53,808 nucleotides of DNA. It comes from a virus. Below, one piece after another: positions 15,816 to 23,547 of the stretch. Positions within the stretch are counted from its first letter, which is position 1. Every line of letters begins with the position of its first letter. The position numbers and the translations under genes are program-made. The notes beneath the pieces were generated by a model that made no database searches, was not told where the DNA came from, and worked only from the letters and a program-made list of their open reading frames with translations. The stretch lies in the IMG/VR virus record IMGVR_UViG_3300037419_000815; one strand, given 5' to 3'.

Positions 15816-16009
15816 TGGGCATCTTCAAGGGGCCGAAAACGCCCAAGCCGCAGCCCGTGGTCCCGTTGCCCGACGACAACGACCCGGCCGTGCTCCGCGC
15901 CAAGCGCATGTCGATCCTGGCCGCGCAATCTCAGAGCGGCCGGCAGTCCACGATCCTGTCCACGAATGCTGACGACAGCCTCGGCAGCGCACCCGGCGGC
16001 TTGCGGTAG
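15815..16009 (+). CDS. hypothetical small protein (64 aa)
   Basis: TGATG overlap. Shares its first 12 nt, and so the residues 'MGIF', with the preceding gene. Confidence 0.5.
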   Translation: MGIFKGPKTPKPQPVVPLPDDNDPAVLRAKRMSILAAQSQSGRQSTILSTNADDSLGSAPGGLR

Positions 16010-16020
16010 GAGACGAGCAG

Positions 16021-17286
16021 ATGTCCAATCCTCCGGGCGAGTTCATCGCGGCCGAACGCAGCCTGCTGCCGGCGATCGGCAAGCGAAACATCGCCTTCCT
16101 TGGCGATAGCCGGACCTTCCAGAGCACCAGCATCACGTCGACAGAGTACAGCAAGCTCGCGCAGGGCTTCATCGGATGGCTGCAGTTCCTGACCCGCCAG
16201 CGGTTTGAATTCGCGCTGACCGACAACTACGGCGTCAGCGGCGACACGACCACGCAGATGCTAGCGCGCTGCTCCGGCATGCTGTCGGCGACCACGGCCG
16301 GGACGATCATCGTGTTCGGCGGCACGAATGACCGATCTGGCAGCTTCTCTTACGCCACGACGATCTCCAATCTCGCCGCAATCCGCGACCTATGCCTTGC
16401 GGCCGGGCGGCGCGTCATCTTCGTGGCCGAATTGCCCAAGGGCGACAGCACGAACACGAGCGCGCGCCTCACTGGCTCGCAGCTCAACATCCACATCCGT
16501 GTGCGGCAATGGCTGCTGGACCAGCGCTCGCTGCAGGGTGTCTACGTCGCCGATCCCTGGCAGTACATGGCGAACATCACCTCGACCACGGGCGATTTCG
16601 CCAGCGCGAACGAGACGAAGGACGGCATTCATCCGCAGCCGCTTGGCGCCTATCACATCGCCTTGGCGCTGAAGCCGATCATCGAGGCGCTGTTTCCGCC
16701 GGTCGACCTGCTGCCGTGGTCGAATACGGACACCTACAGCGCGACGGACAATCCCGGTGGCTGCCTCAACGCCAACCCGATGATGGGGGGCACGGCCGGC
16801 TCGTTCAACGCCACGGGCGGCAGCGGCTCCGTCTCCGATAGCTGGTCGGAGAATGCCGGCCCGACCTGGACGCGTGTCTACAGCAAGGTCACGGGCTCGG
16901 ACGGCAAGACCTGGCAGCAGGTCGTCCTCGGCGGGACCGGCACCACAGGCGGCGTCTCGCTGCGACAGGTCATCACGGCCGGCAACCTCGCCGTTGGCGA
17001 TCAGGTCTACGCTGTCGCCGACATCGATATGGACGCGAGCGCGGCGAATGTCTCGCAACTGGCACTCCAGGTGCTCGACAACAACGCGATCACGAGCGGC
17101 GATTTCCGACGTGCAGTTTCGACTGAGGCATTCCCGAACGTCGGCGCTCTCTCAGGCGTGATGCGAACGCCGGTCTACACGCTGACCAGCACGACGCTGC
17201 AGCTGCAGTTCAACATGCTGGTGCTGGTGGCCGCTGTCGCCGCGACTGTGCGTATCGGCCGCGTGGCACTGCGCAAGGTGGTTTGA
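16021..17286 (+). CDS. SGNH/GDSL hydrolase (esterase) fused to a beta-rich C-terminal domain
   Basis: SGNH blocks 'FLGDSRT', 'GVSGDTT', 'FGGTNDR', 'DGIHPQP'. AGGAG Shine-Dalgarno. The C-terminal ~200 aa are Gly/Thr/Ser-rich. Confidence 0.75.
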   Translation: MSNPPGEFIAAERSLLPAIGKRNIAFLGDSRTFQSTSITSTEYSKLAQGFIGWLQFLTRQRFEFALTDNYGVSGDTTTQMLARCSGMLSATTAGTIIVFGGTNDRSGSFSYATTISNLAAIRDLCLAAGRRVIFVAELPKGDSTNTSARLTGSQLNIHIRVRQWLLDQRSLQGVYVADPWQYMANITSTTGDFASANETKDGIHPQPLGAYHIALALKPIIEALFPPVDLLPWSNTDTYSATDNPGGCLNANPMMGGTAGSFNATGGSGSVSDSWSENAGPTWTRVYSKVTGSDGKTWQQVVLGGTGTTGGVSLRQVITAGNLAVGDQVYAVADIDMDASAANVSQLALQVLDNNAITSGDFRRAVSTEAFPNVGALSGVMRTPVYTLTSTTLQLQFNMLVLVAAVAATVRIGRVALRKVV

Positions 17287-18951
17287 GTGACCGAAACGAC
17301 GCAGGCGCTCCTTCGGCTGTCAGGCCGGCTCTTCGAGAAGAAGTCGAACCTCGACAGCCTCAATCAGGAGATCGCCGAGCTATTCTTCCCCGAGCGCGCC
17401 ACGTTCACGCGTGAAATGTGCCTCGGCGAGGATTTTGCGAGCGACCTGTTCGACTCGTACACCGTGCGGGCGCGGCGCGACCTCGGCAATGCGTTCTCGG
17501 CGATGTTGCGGCCGCGCGGGCAGGACTGGTTCTCAATCCGCGTCTCAGGCGGCGTGAACGATGACTTGTCGGCACATGCCAAGGCATGGCTGGAGGGCGC
17601 GGCCACGGTGATGCGCCGCGTCTTCTACGATCAGCGCACCCGCTTCGTCCGCGCCATGAAGGAGACCGACCAGGACTATGCCGCCTTCGGCAACGGCGTC
17701 ATCACCTGCGAGCCGACGCGGGATCGGGGCTCGTTGCTCTACCGCAACTGGCATCCGGCTGATGTGGCATGGGACGAGGACGAGAGCGGCTTTCCCTGCC
17801 CGATCGTGCGCCGCGACAAGATGACGGCGTGGCAACTGTCCCGCAATCCGGCCAACAATCTGCCCGATCGCGTCCGGACGGCGGCCAACGACCCGAAGAA
17901 GATGTACGACGAGTTCGACGTCGTGCACTTCGTCATGCCGGTGGACGAGTGGGCGAACTACAGCGACCAGAAAGTGCGGCAGTCCTGGGTTTCGGTCTAT
18001 GTGCTGAAGGAGCCGGAGACGCTGTTGCGCGTCGAGGGCACGCGGTCGAAGCGCTACATCATTCCGCGCTGGGGCACGGTCTCGGGCTCGCAGTACGGCA
18101 TCAGTCCGGCGACGATCACGATGCTGCCGGATGCCCGGATGCTGCAGACGCTGGCGCGCATTCTGATGGAGGCGGGCGAGAAGGCGGTTGACCCGCCGAC
18201 CATCGCGACCAAGGGAGCCGTTCTGTCGGACATCAACACGTTTGCCGGCGGCACCACATGGATCGACAAAGTCTATGACGAAAGGTCTGGCGTTGCTCTA
18301 CGCACGCTTGAGCAAGGCGGCGACCTGCGCTTCGGCACCGAGATGCTCGTCAGTGTCCGCCAGGCGCTCGCCGATGGCTTCTACCTCAACAAGCTGACGC
18401 TGCCTCAGGGCGGCAAGACAGCCTATGAGACGGCGCGGCTGGTCGAGGAGTTCATTCGGGCTGCCATCCCGCTCTTTGAGCCGCTGGAGACCGAATATAC
18501 CCAGCCGGTGCTGGAGGCGTCGTTCTCCGAACTGATGCTGCTCGGCACGTTCGGACCGCCGGATACATTTCCAGACGAGCTACGCGGTCAGAACGTGGAG
18601 TTCACCTTCTCCAATCCACTGCAGCAGGCGCTCGACGAGCAGAAGGCCAACAAGTTCTTTGGCCTCGGCCAGCTTCTCGCCGCCGCCGCCAACATGGAGC
18701 AGGCGCAGCAATTGCGGAGCGGTCAGCAGATCAACCTCACCGAGGCGTTCCGCGACGCAGGCATGGCAACAACGCCAGCGACATGGTGGAACGACGAGCA
18801 GGAAGACGACGGGCAGGCAACGCCTGCCGACATGCAGAACGCCTTCCAGCAGATCGTCGGCACGGCGCAGGGCGTGAAGACGGTTGCGGACGCGACCAAC
18901 AGCACGGCGTCGGCTGTGCAGAACCTGCAGGCCGCGCAGGCGGCAGCATAG
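17287..18951 (+). CDS. portal (head-to-tail connector) protein, podovirus type (GTG start)
   Basis: Size, position, and N-terminal 'LFFPERATF...DLFDSYTVRARRDLGNAFSAMLRPRGQDWFSI', which resembles T7-type connector proteins. Confidence 0.7.
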   Translation: MTETTQALLRLSGRLFEKKSNLDSLNQEIAELFFPERATFTREMCLGEDFASDLFDSYTVRARRDLGNAFSAMLRPRGQDWFSIRVSGGVNDDLSAHAKAWLEGAATVMRRVFYDQRTRFVRAMKETDQDYAAFGNGVITCEPTRDRGSLLYRNWHPADVAWDEDESGFPCPIVRRDKMTAWQLSRNPANNLPDRVRTAANDPKKMYDEFDVVHFVMPVDEWANYSDQKVRQSWVSVYVLKEPETLLRVEGTRSKRYIIPRWGTVSGSQYGISPATITMLPDARMLQTLARILMEAGEKAVDPPTIATKGAVLSDINTFAGGTTWIDKVYDERSGVALRTLEQGGDLRFGTEMLVSVRQALADGFYLNKLTLPQGGKTAYETARLVEEFIRAAIPLFEPLETEYTQPVLEASFSELMLLGTFGPPDTFPDELRGQNVEFTFSNPLQQALDEQKANKFFGLGQLLAAAANMEQAQQLRSGQQINLTEAFRDAGMATTPATWWNDEQEDDGQATPADMQNAFQQIVGTAQGVKTVADATNSTASAVQNLQAAQAAA

Positions 18952-18960
18952 GAGCAACCC

Positions 18961-19068
18961 ATGAGCGGCATTTCCGACTTCCAGCCCGGCGGCAACGGGC
19001 CGACGCAGGCTGACACGCAGCCGATCACGACGTCGCACGGCAATCCGGCCACCACGACGATCTCGTGA
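18961..19068 (+). CDS. possible small ORF (35 aa)
   Basis: AGGAG Shine-Dalgarno 6 nt upstream. Stop overlaps the next start. Below the ORF-track cutoff. Confidence 0.3.
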   Translation: MSGISDFQPGGNGPTQADTQPITTSHGNPATTTIS

Positions 19069-19280
19069 ATATGAACGATTGGCAGCCGATGGCGACAGCG
19101 CCAAAGGACGGCACCATCATTTTGCTTCGCTATGCGGATGACCAGCCAAATCCTGGCGCCATCGAAGGTTGGTGGTTCTCTTCTCCAAAGCAGAACGACG
19201 ACGGTTGGGAAACGATCGTCGGAACCATCGGTGAGCCGTCTTGGTGGATGCCGCTACCAGACGATCCGGTTGATTCATGA
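19065..19280 (+). CDS. DUF551-like small protein (alternative ATG at 19071)
   Basis: 'WQPMATAPKDGTIILL....WW.PLP' motif. A related C-terminal domain occurs in 50350..50781. Confidence 0.55.
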   Translation: MNMNDWQPMATAPKDGTIILLRYADDQPNPGAIEGWWFSSPKQNDDGWETIVGTIGEPSWWMPLPDDPVDS

Positions 19281-19564
19281 GCAACCCCCACTGGGACGCG
19301 CAGTTCGCCCGTCCCGAGGCCAACGCCATCCGGGCCGTGGCGGCCGGCACCGCCACGCCCGATCAGCAGCGCCTCGCCATTGCCGCCATAGGCCAGAAGG
19401 CGTGCCTGATCGACGAAATCTCCTACGTGCCCGGCGGTCCTGACGCCGAGCGCGCCACCATCTTCGCCGAGGGCCGGCGCTTCGTCGGCATCCAGATTCG
19501 GCGCGCATGTCATCTTCCGCTCGAGAAATTCCCAGAGGTAGACCATGGCGGATCAAGCCGCTGA
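19277..19564 (+). CDS. hypothetical protein (95 aa)
   Basis: ATGA coupling. No motif recognised. Confidence 0.5.
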   Translation: MSNPHWDAQFARPEANAIRAVAAGTATPDQQRLAIAAIGQKACLIDEISYVPGGPDAERATIFAEGRRFVGIQIRRACHLPLEKFPEVDHGGSSR

Positions 19565-20573
19565 GACGACGCAATCCGAGCAGACCGGCACTCAGACTGC
19601 CGCCGCGACCACGAATACTGGCGAAGCTGCGTCGCAGCAGACCGCTGCGGCAACCGCCCCGAAGACGCTGCTAGGCGGCCGTGAGCCGACGCCGGAGAAG
19701 ACGGCGCCGCTTGCCGATGGCGGAGAGGGTGTCGTCGAGCCGGTCAAGGGCGACTGGCCAGACGACTGGCGCGACAAGCTCGCGGACGGCGACGAGGATA
19801 CCGCCAAGCTCCTGAAGCGCTTCGGTAGCCCGAAGGCCGTGGCACGCGCGCTGCGCGAAACCCGCGCCCAGGTCAGCAAGGGCCTCGGCGCTGCTGCTGA
19901 GCCTCCAGAGAACGCCTCCGACGAGCAGAAGGCAGAATGGCGCAAAGCTCGCGGCGTGCCGGACAAACCGGAGGAATACAAGTTCGACGCGCCGAAAGAC
20001 CACGAGTGGACCGACAGTGACCGCGAATACCTGACCGAGTTCGGCAAGTTCGCGCACGCCAAGGGCTGGTCGCAGGCGCAGGCCAAGGATGCCGTCGACT
20101 GGTACATGAACGACCAGATCGCCCGGCTGCAGGACCAGGAGGTCGCGGCCCGCAATCGCGGTATCGAGACCGAGAAGGCGCTCAAGGCCGAATACGGCAA
20201 GGACTATAGCCGCACCGTCGAGATGGTCCGCTCGTATGGGCAGGAGCAGATCGGCGCCGATGACTGGGACAAGCTGGTCAACATGCGGCTGTCCGATGGC
20301 TCATATCTCGGCGACCAGCCGGCGCTGATCAAGCTTCTGGCGACCGCAGCGCGCGATCTCGGCGACGGGACGCCATTCGAAGCTGGCACCAGTGCGGGCG
20401 GCGTGTCCGATGGCGACCTGATGAAGGCGCACAAGGAACTCGTCTCCAAGTCCGTTGCCGGTGACAAGGACGCGAAGCGCAAGCTGGCCGATCCCGAGTA
20501 TGATCGCCGCATCACTGCGGCCTATGAGCGTCAGGCGCGCGCCGCCGAGCGCAACAAGAAGGCTGCGGCTTAA
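19545..20573 (+). CDS. putative capsid scaffolding protein
   Basis: Lies between portal and major capsid. Low-complexity N-terminus, then a charged, highly helical body. Confidence 0.5.
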   Translation: MADQAAETTQSEQTGTQTAAATTNTGEAASQQTAAATAPKTLLGGREPTPEKTAPLADGGEGVVEPVKGDWPDDWRDKLADGDEDTAKLLKRFGSPKAVARALRETRAQVSKGLGAAAEPPENASDEQKAEWRKARGVPDKPEEYKFDAPKDHEWTDSDREYLTEFGKFAHAKGWSQAQAKDAVDWYMNDQIARLQDQEVAARNRGIETEKALKAEYGKDYSRTVEMVRSYGQEQIGADDWDKLVNMRLSDGSYLGDQPALIKLLATAARDLGDGTPFEAGTSAGGVSDGDLMKAHKELVSKSVAGDKDAKRKLADPEYDRRITAAYERQARAAERNKKAAA

Positions 20574-20744
20574 CCCCATTCCGCCGAGCACTCGGCGATC
20601 AGCCTGATCCACTGCGACGGATCACCCACCCACGACCATGAACGCTCCGAGACAGAAGTAACCGCCAGTACTGGCGGGCGCTGATGCTCGGCTTACCGGA
20701 CACGGATCGGAACCCCCAATGAATCATCAAAGGTACATATCGCT

Positions 20745-21566
20745 ATGGCGACAACCGCCCAGCAGATTATGTATCGCGACGAGTTCATTGCCGGTTACGA
20801 GACCCGGCAATCTGTTCTTCGCGATACCGTTACCACGGAGACGATGACGAAGGGCGCAAGTACCTACTTCCTCGTCACCAAGCCCAACCGCACCGCCGTC
20901 ACCCGCGGCGCTGACGGCAAAATCCCGGCAGCCATGGAAGACCTGACGCAGGTCCAGGTCACGCTGCAGGAGCGTCACGACAAGCCTCAGAAGACCAACT
21001 TCAACATCTTCACCGGCCAGTCCGACCAGCGTCGGATCATGCAGATGGAGAGCGTCGGCGTCATCAACCGCGACGTCGATCTGATGATCATCGCCACGCT
21101 GGCGACGACTTCGGTCAACACCGGCGGCGCGGCGACCATGAGCAAGACGTTGGTCAACAAGGCATTGACCAAGCTCTGGAACGCCAAGATCCCGAACGAC
21201 GGGCAGATCTACGGTCTGCTGTCGCCAGCGGCCTGGGCGTACCTGTCGGACGTCACCGGCTTCACGTCGAGCGACTATGTCGGCGACCGGCCTCTCGTGG
21301 TCGGCCCCGAAAAGCGCCGCTGGATGAACGTGACCTGGATGGTGTCGCCGGAGGTCCCCGGCCTCGGCACCAACAACGAGTCGTGCTTCGTCTGGCACAA
21401 GGCGGCTGTCGGCCATGCACTCAACTCGGCCGATATGCAGGTCTTCTCCGGCTACAACGAGGAAGACGACTACTCCTGGGCTCGTACGACCTTCTACCAC
21501 GGCACGGCCCTGATCCAGGGCACGGGCGTGGTGAAGATCGCGCACGACGGCTCGGCTCTGGCGTAA
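20745..21566 (+). CDS. major capsid protein
   Basis: Position after the scaffold. 273 aa. Followed by a strong Shine-Dalgarno gene and a terminator. Composition is typical of HK97-fold coat proteins. Confidence 0.7.
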   Translation: MATTAQQIMYRDEFIAGYETRQSVLRDTVTTETMTKGASTYFLVTKPNRTAVTRGADGKIPAAMEDLTQVQVTLQERHDKPQKTNFNIFTGQSDQRRIMQMESVGVINRDVDLMIIATLATTSVNTGGAATMSKTLVNKALTKLWNAKIPNDGQIYGLLSPAAWAYLSDVTGFTSSDYVGDRPLVVGPEKRRWMNVTWMVSPEVPGLGTNNESCFVWHKAAVGHALNSADMQVFSGYNEEDDYSWARTTFYHGTALIQGTGVVKIAHDGSALA

Positions 21567-21579
21567 GGAGGCACAGAAC

Positions 21580-21873
21580 ATGGCATATTCCACCTCCAAC
21601 CCTCCGTACATCCTGGCGCAGCCCTACGGGCACTCCTCGCTCAAGCCGGCGCTGTGGGCGTATTCGTCCACCGATGCCGTCACCGTGGTCCGCGTCACCG
21701 GCTACTTCACCAACGCCAAGGACCTCGGCATGAAGGCCGGCGATCTTGTCCTCGTTCTGGACAACGACGCCTCGCCGCTCACGGGGTCCTGGTGCTGGGT
21801 GAGCGTGATCAACGCCAACGGCTCGGCGGACCTGAGCGACGGCGTGACGATCACCGGGACCAACACGGATTGA
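21580..21873 (+). CDS. hypothetical head-associated protein (97 aa)
   Basis: AAGGAGG Shine-Dalgarno. Directly follows the capsid gene. Confidence 0.6.
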   Translation: MAYSTSNPPYILAQPYGHSSLKPALWAYSSTDAVTVVRVTGYFTNAKDLGMKAGDLVLVLDNDASPLTGSWCWVSVINANGSADLSDGVTITGTNTD

Positions 21874-21889
21874 CGTAACGTCAACCACG

Positions 21890-21919
21890 CGGGCGGCGCT
21901 CATGCCGCCCGTTTCCTTT
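21890..21919 (+). terminator. rho-independent terminator after the capsid genes
   Basis: 8-bp GC stem 21890-21897/21904-21911, 6-nt loop, then 'tttccttt'. Confidence 0.55.
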
Positions 21920-21932
21920 CGCGAGGCACACC

Positions 21933-22139
21933 ATGCCCGTTCTCAAGGCCAAGCGCCGCAACATGCTGCCGTCGTCCGCTTTCGGACTGCCAGGGCAGCG
22001 AAAGTACCCGGTCAATGATGCCAGCCATGCCCGAAATGCCTTGGCCCGGGCGTCGCAGCAGGTCAACGCTGGCAATCTCTCCGAGGCTGAAGCCGCACAA
22101 ATCCGGCGAAAGGCTCGCTCCGTTCTCTCCAGCAAGTGA
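21933..22139 (+). CDS. hypothetical protein (68 aa)
   Basis: ORF track. GAGG Shine-Dalgarno. Confidence 0.55.
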   Translation: MPVLKAKRRNMLPSSAFGLPGQRKYPVNDASHARNALARASQQVNAGNLSEAEAAQIRRKARSVLSSK

Positions 22140-22145
22140 GGCTCC

Positions 22146-22616
22146 ATGCCCGAAACCCCCCGCTTTGCCGAACCGACGAATATCCGCACCGAGGTTCAGG
22201 CGTACACGACCTGGGTCTATCTCGCCCGCACGGCCGAAGGCGAAACCATCGACATGGTGCGCGATCCCTCGTTTTGGCGCGAGTTTGCCACACGCGCGCA
22301 GGTCCGCGACGTGATCAAAATCCTCGCCGACGACGGCTCTTTCGAGTGGCATGGCCGCATCACGCACAAGGGGCAGGCCGTCCCCGGCCAACGTGCGCGC
22401 GAACTGTTCATGCGCGAGATTTACCATTGGGAGGGCAGCGTCGAGAAGGCGCAGCCGTCGAAGCCCGTCGATTACGAGGTCGCCTTCGCCGGCCCGCACC
22501 ACAAATGGCGCATCACTGTCGGCACCGATGTGATCCGGCATGGCTTTGATGATCGGGCGCAGGCTGAAGAGTGGCTGCGCGCCCATAAGGCCGGGCCGGT
22601 TAAGGCGGCCGCCTGA
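22146..22616 (+). CDS. hypothetical virion-module protein (156 aa)
   Basis: ORF track. GAGG Shine-Dalgarno. Confidence 0.6.
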   Translation: MPETPRFAEPTNIRTEVQAYTTWVYLARTAEGETIDMVRDPSFWREFATRAQVRDVIKILADDGSFEWHGRITHKGQAVPGQRARELFMREIYHWEGSVEKAQPSKPVDYEVAFAGPHHKWRITVGTDVIRHGFDDRAQAEEWLRAHKAGPVKAAA

Positions 22617-22909
22617 TGGCACCGATCACTTACGCCATCCCCATGGCCTTCGAGAAGGTCAGGGAGATCGGGCTCTATGAGCGCCTTTCGCTGCTACGTG
22701 AGCAGCGCTTTGGCGGGTACAGTTGCGAAACATGGGACGAATTCCCGATGGTCATTCGCAAGAGAATGACGGAACTCCTCGCCGAGGACATCCCGACGAC
22801 GCCTCTTGCCGCTCGCATGCTTGGCGCATCGATTGGTCGAGACGATGACTTGGGCGTGTTCTATTTTCGGCTGATGGTCAAGCCGTTCAGGGAAAAGGCG
22901 GCCGCCTGA
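22616..22909 (+). CDS. hypothetical protein (97 aa)
   Basis: TGATG coupling at both ends. Confidence 0.55.
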   Translation: MAPITYAIPMAFEKVREIGLYERLSLLREQRFGGYSCETWDEFPMVIRKRMTELLAEDIPTTPLAARMLGASIGRDDDLGVFYFRLMVKPFREKAAA

Positions 22910-23547
22910 TGCCCGACCAGCTCTCCGTCACCAACGAAGCTCTGTCGCGTCTCGCCGAGCGCGAGATCACGCCGCTTGAGCTGTCGGAGGGGCTGACGGA
23001 GAGTGCGCGCGTCATGGCCGGAGCATGGCCGCAGGCGGTCGATGCGTGCCTCAGCGCCAAGCCGTGGCGGTTCTGCTCGCGACTGGCCAATCCGACCTAC
23101 GAGGGGCAGCCGCCGGACGAGCACGCCAACTTCGCCGCGCCGGGCTACAGCTATGCCTATGCGATCCCCGACGACCATCTGCGCACCAACTGGGTGCGCG
23201 ACCGCTCGCCGCCGGACGGCCTGCCGATCGACTTCCTGCTGCAGGACAACTACTGGCACACGAACTGCTCGACGCTGGTGGCGTCCTACGTGTCGCATCA
23301 ATACCGCTCGCCGGAGACATGGCCGCCGCTGTTCGCCGATGTGGTGGCGGCCTATCTCGCCTGGCGGCGCGGCCCTCGCATCCGGCCGGCGGCGGACCAG
23401 AACGAGCTTCGCCTGACGTATGAGGCGGAACTAGACCGCGCCGCGACGCAGGATGCCAGCGAGGTGCCGTTCGGCTGGCGGCCGGCGGGCAGGCTGACGC
23501 GCTCGCGCGGCGGCTGGCGTTCCCGCGAACAGGGCTTGCGCTGGTGA
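22909..23547 (+). CDS. tail tubular protein A-like (adaptor/gatekeeper), putative
   Basis: A ~200-aa gene immediately before a 900-aa gene, as in the T7 gp11/gp12 layout. No direct motif proof. Confidence 0.4.
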   Translation: MPDQLSVTNEALSRLAEREITPLELSEGLTESARVMAGAWPQAVDACLSAKPWRFCSRLANPTYEGQPPDEHANFAAPGYSYAYAIPDDHLRTNWVRDRSPPDGLPIDFLLQDNYWHTNCSTLVASYVSHQYRSPETWPPLFADVVAAYLAWRRGPRIRPAADQNELRLTYEAELDRAATQDASEVPFGWRPAGRLTRSRGGWRSREQGLRW

